Shown here piece after piece: positions 62,901 through 64,000 of a DNA stretch of 64,000 nt. Both the position numbers and the translations under genes were made by a program. Each line of letters starts with the position of its first letter. Within the stretch, counting starts at the first letter, position 1. The DNA is from Pristiophorus japonicus. Its lineage: Eukaryota. The notes below the pieces were generated by a model. That model searched no databases. It had not been told where the DNA came from and was given only the letters and a program-made list of their open reading frames with translations. Location of the stretch: contig NW_027251843.1 of assembly GCF_044704955.1 (NCBI RefSeq), forward strand, positions 186,001-250,000. The letters are read 5' to 3'.

Positions 62901-63870
62901 TGAGCCAGGACCCCTTACTGTCCCTAGTAAAAAATGTGTGCTTCACGGGAGCTGGTCCAGTGTCCCAGTGGAAATGCAGGAAGAAATAAAGCCATACCAG
63001 CGGCACAAAGATGAAATGTCTATACAGGCAGATTGCCTTCTCTGGGGTAATCGGGTAGTGGTCCCAAAGAAGGGCAGGGACACTTTTATCCGTGACCTCC
63101 ACGGTAGTCACCCAGGCATCATAATGATGAAAGCGATAGCCAGATCCCATGTGTGGTGGCCCAGTATCGATGCGGACTTAGAGTCCCACATGCACAAATG
63201 TAACACATGCTCGCAGTTAAGCAATGCACCCAGGGAGGCGCCACTAAGTTTATGATCTTGGCCCTCCAAACCGCTGTCCATCGTCCATGTCGACTATGCA
63301 GGCCCGTTTTTGGGTAAAATGTTCCTTGTGGTTGTAGATGCGTACTCCAAATGGATTGAATGTGAAATAATGTCGGCAAGCATGTCCGCTGCCACCACAG
63401 AAAGCCTGCGGGCCATATTTGCCATACACAGACTGCCTGATGTCCTTGTGAGCGACAATGGGCCATATTTCACCAGTGCTGAGTTCAAAGTGTTCATGAC
63501 CTGTAATGGGATCAAATATGTTACATCTGCCCCATTCAAACCAGCATCCAATGGTCAGGCAGAGAGAGCAGTGCAAACTATGAAGCAGGGATTGAAGAGG
63601 GTAACTGAAGGCTCACTGCAGACTCGCTACCGCACGAGACCCCACTTGCTCACTGCTGAACTGCTCATGAAAAAGGCACTTAAGACAAGGCTCTCGTTAG
63701 TTCACCCTGATCTCCATGAACAGGTAGAGAGCAGGCAGCTTCAACAAAGTGCATACCATGATAGCGCAAATGTGTCACGCAAAATTGAAATCAACAATCC
63801 TGTATTTGTGTTGAATTGTGGACAAGGTCCCAAGTGGCTTCCCGGCACTATTATGGCCAAAGAGGGGAGC
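59960..63870 (+). mobile_element. Decayed Gypsy/Ty3 LTR retrotransposon (partial LTR to 60148, PBS 60151, gag-pol)
   Basis: LDTG protease, ICGDYK RT, ACDAS RNase H, HPGI..WWP..C..C and SDNG..GQAERAV integrase. Confidence 0.92.
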
Positions 63871-64000
63871 AGGGTGCCCAAAGATCAGGAGTGTGGGACT
63901 GAAGTGCAACCAGAATTTGAGGAGCAGCCCCTTCAATAATGGAATAGGGCCTGCAACCTCGCACACTCTATACAACCATGGAATACGGACTCATCTAGAC

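Overview
Repeat-rich vertebrate DNA, almost certainly from a cartilaginous fish (shark), judged from the Ig cluster layout and the CR1/SINE/Penelope/Tx1 repeat set. The only recognisable host gene is one unrearranged, apparently open kappa-type immunoglobulin light-chain cluster on the minus strand: leader 33102-33054, V 32866-32568 with a 12-RSS, a single J 31153-31119 with a 23-RSS, and C 26636-26308. About 10 kb upstream lies a full-length, fairly young but mutated endogenous retrovirus (43106-52511; 461-bp LTRs about 98% identical, CTGCC target duplication, tRNA-Ser PBS, gag UAG in frame with pol). The provirus is the most interesting object. It carries (i) a 2H-phosphoesterase (CNPase-like) domain between protease and RT, (ii) an unannotated 51-aa transmembrane ORF overlapping the env start in a vpu-like arrangement, and (iii) an Env lacking a gamma-type CX6CC motif, whose in-frame cytoplasmic tail has an acidic YxxM motif cut off by a stop codon. 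The rest is decayed CR1/L2/RTE/Tx1 LINEs, two Gypsy LTR elements, three Harbinger (Myb/SANT) remnants, solo LTRs, MITEs, SINEs and minisatellites. Repeat-family names and most repeat boundaries come from recognition by eye, not from database searches.
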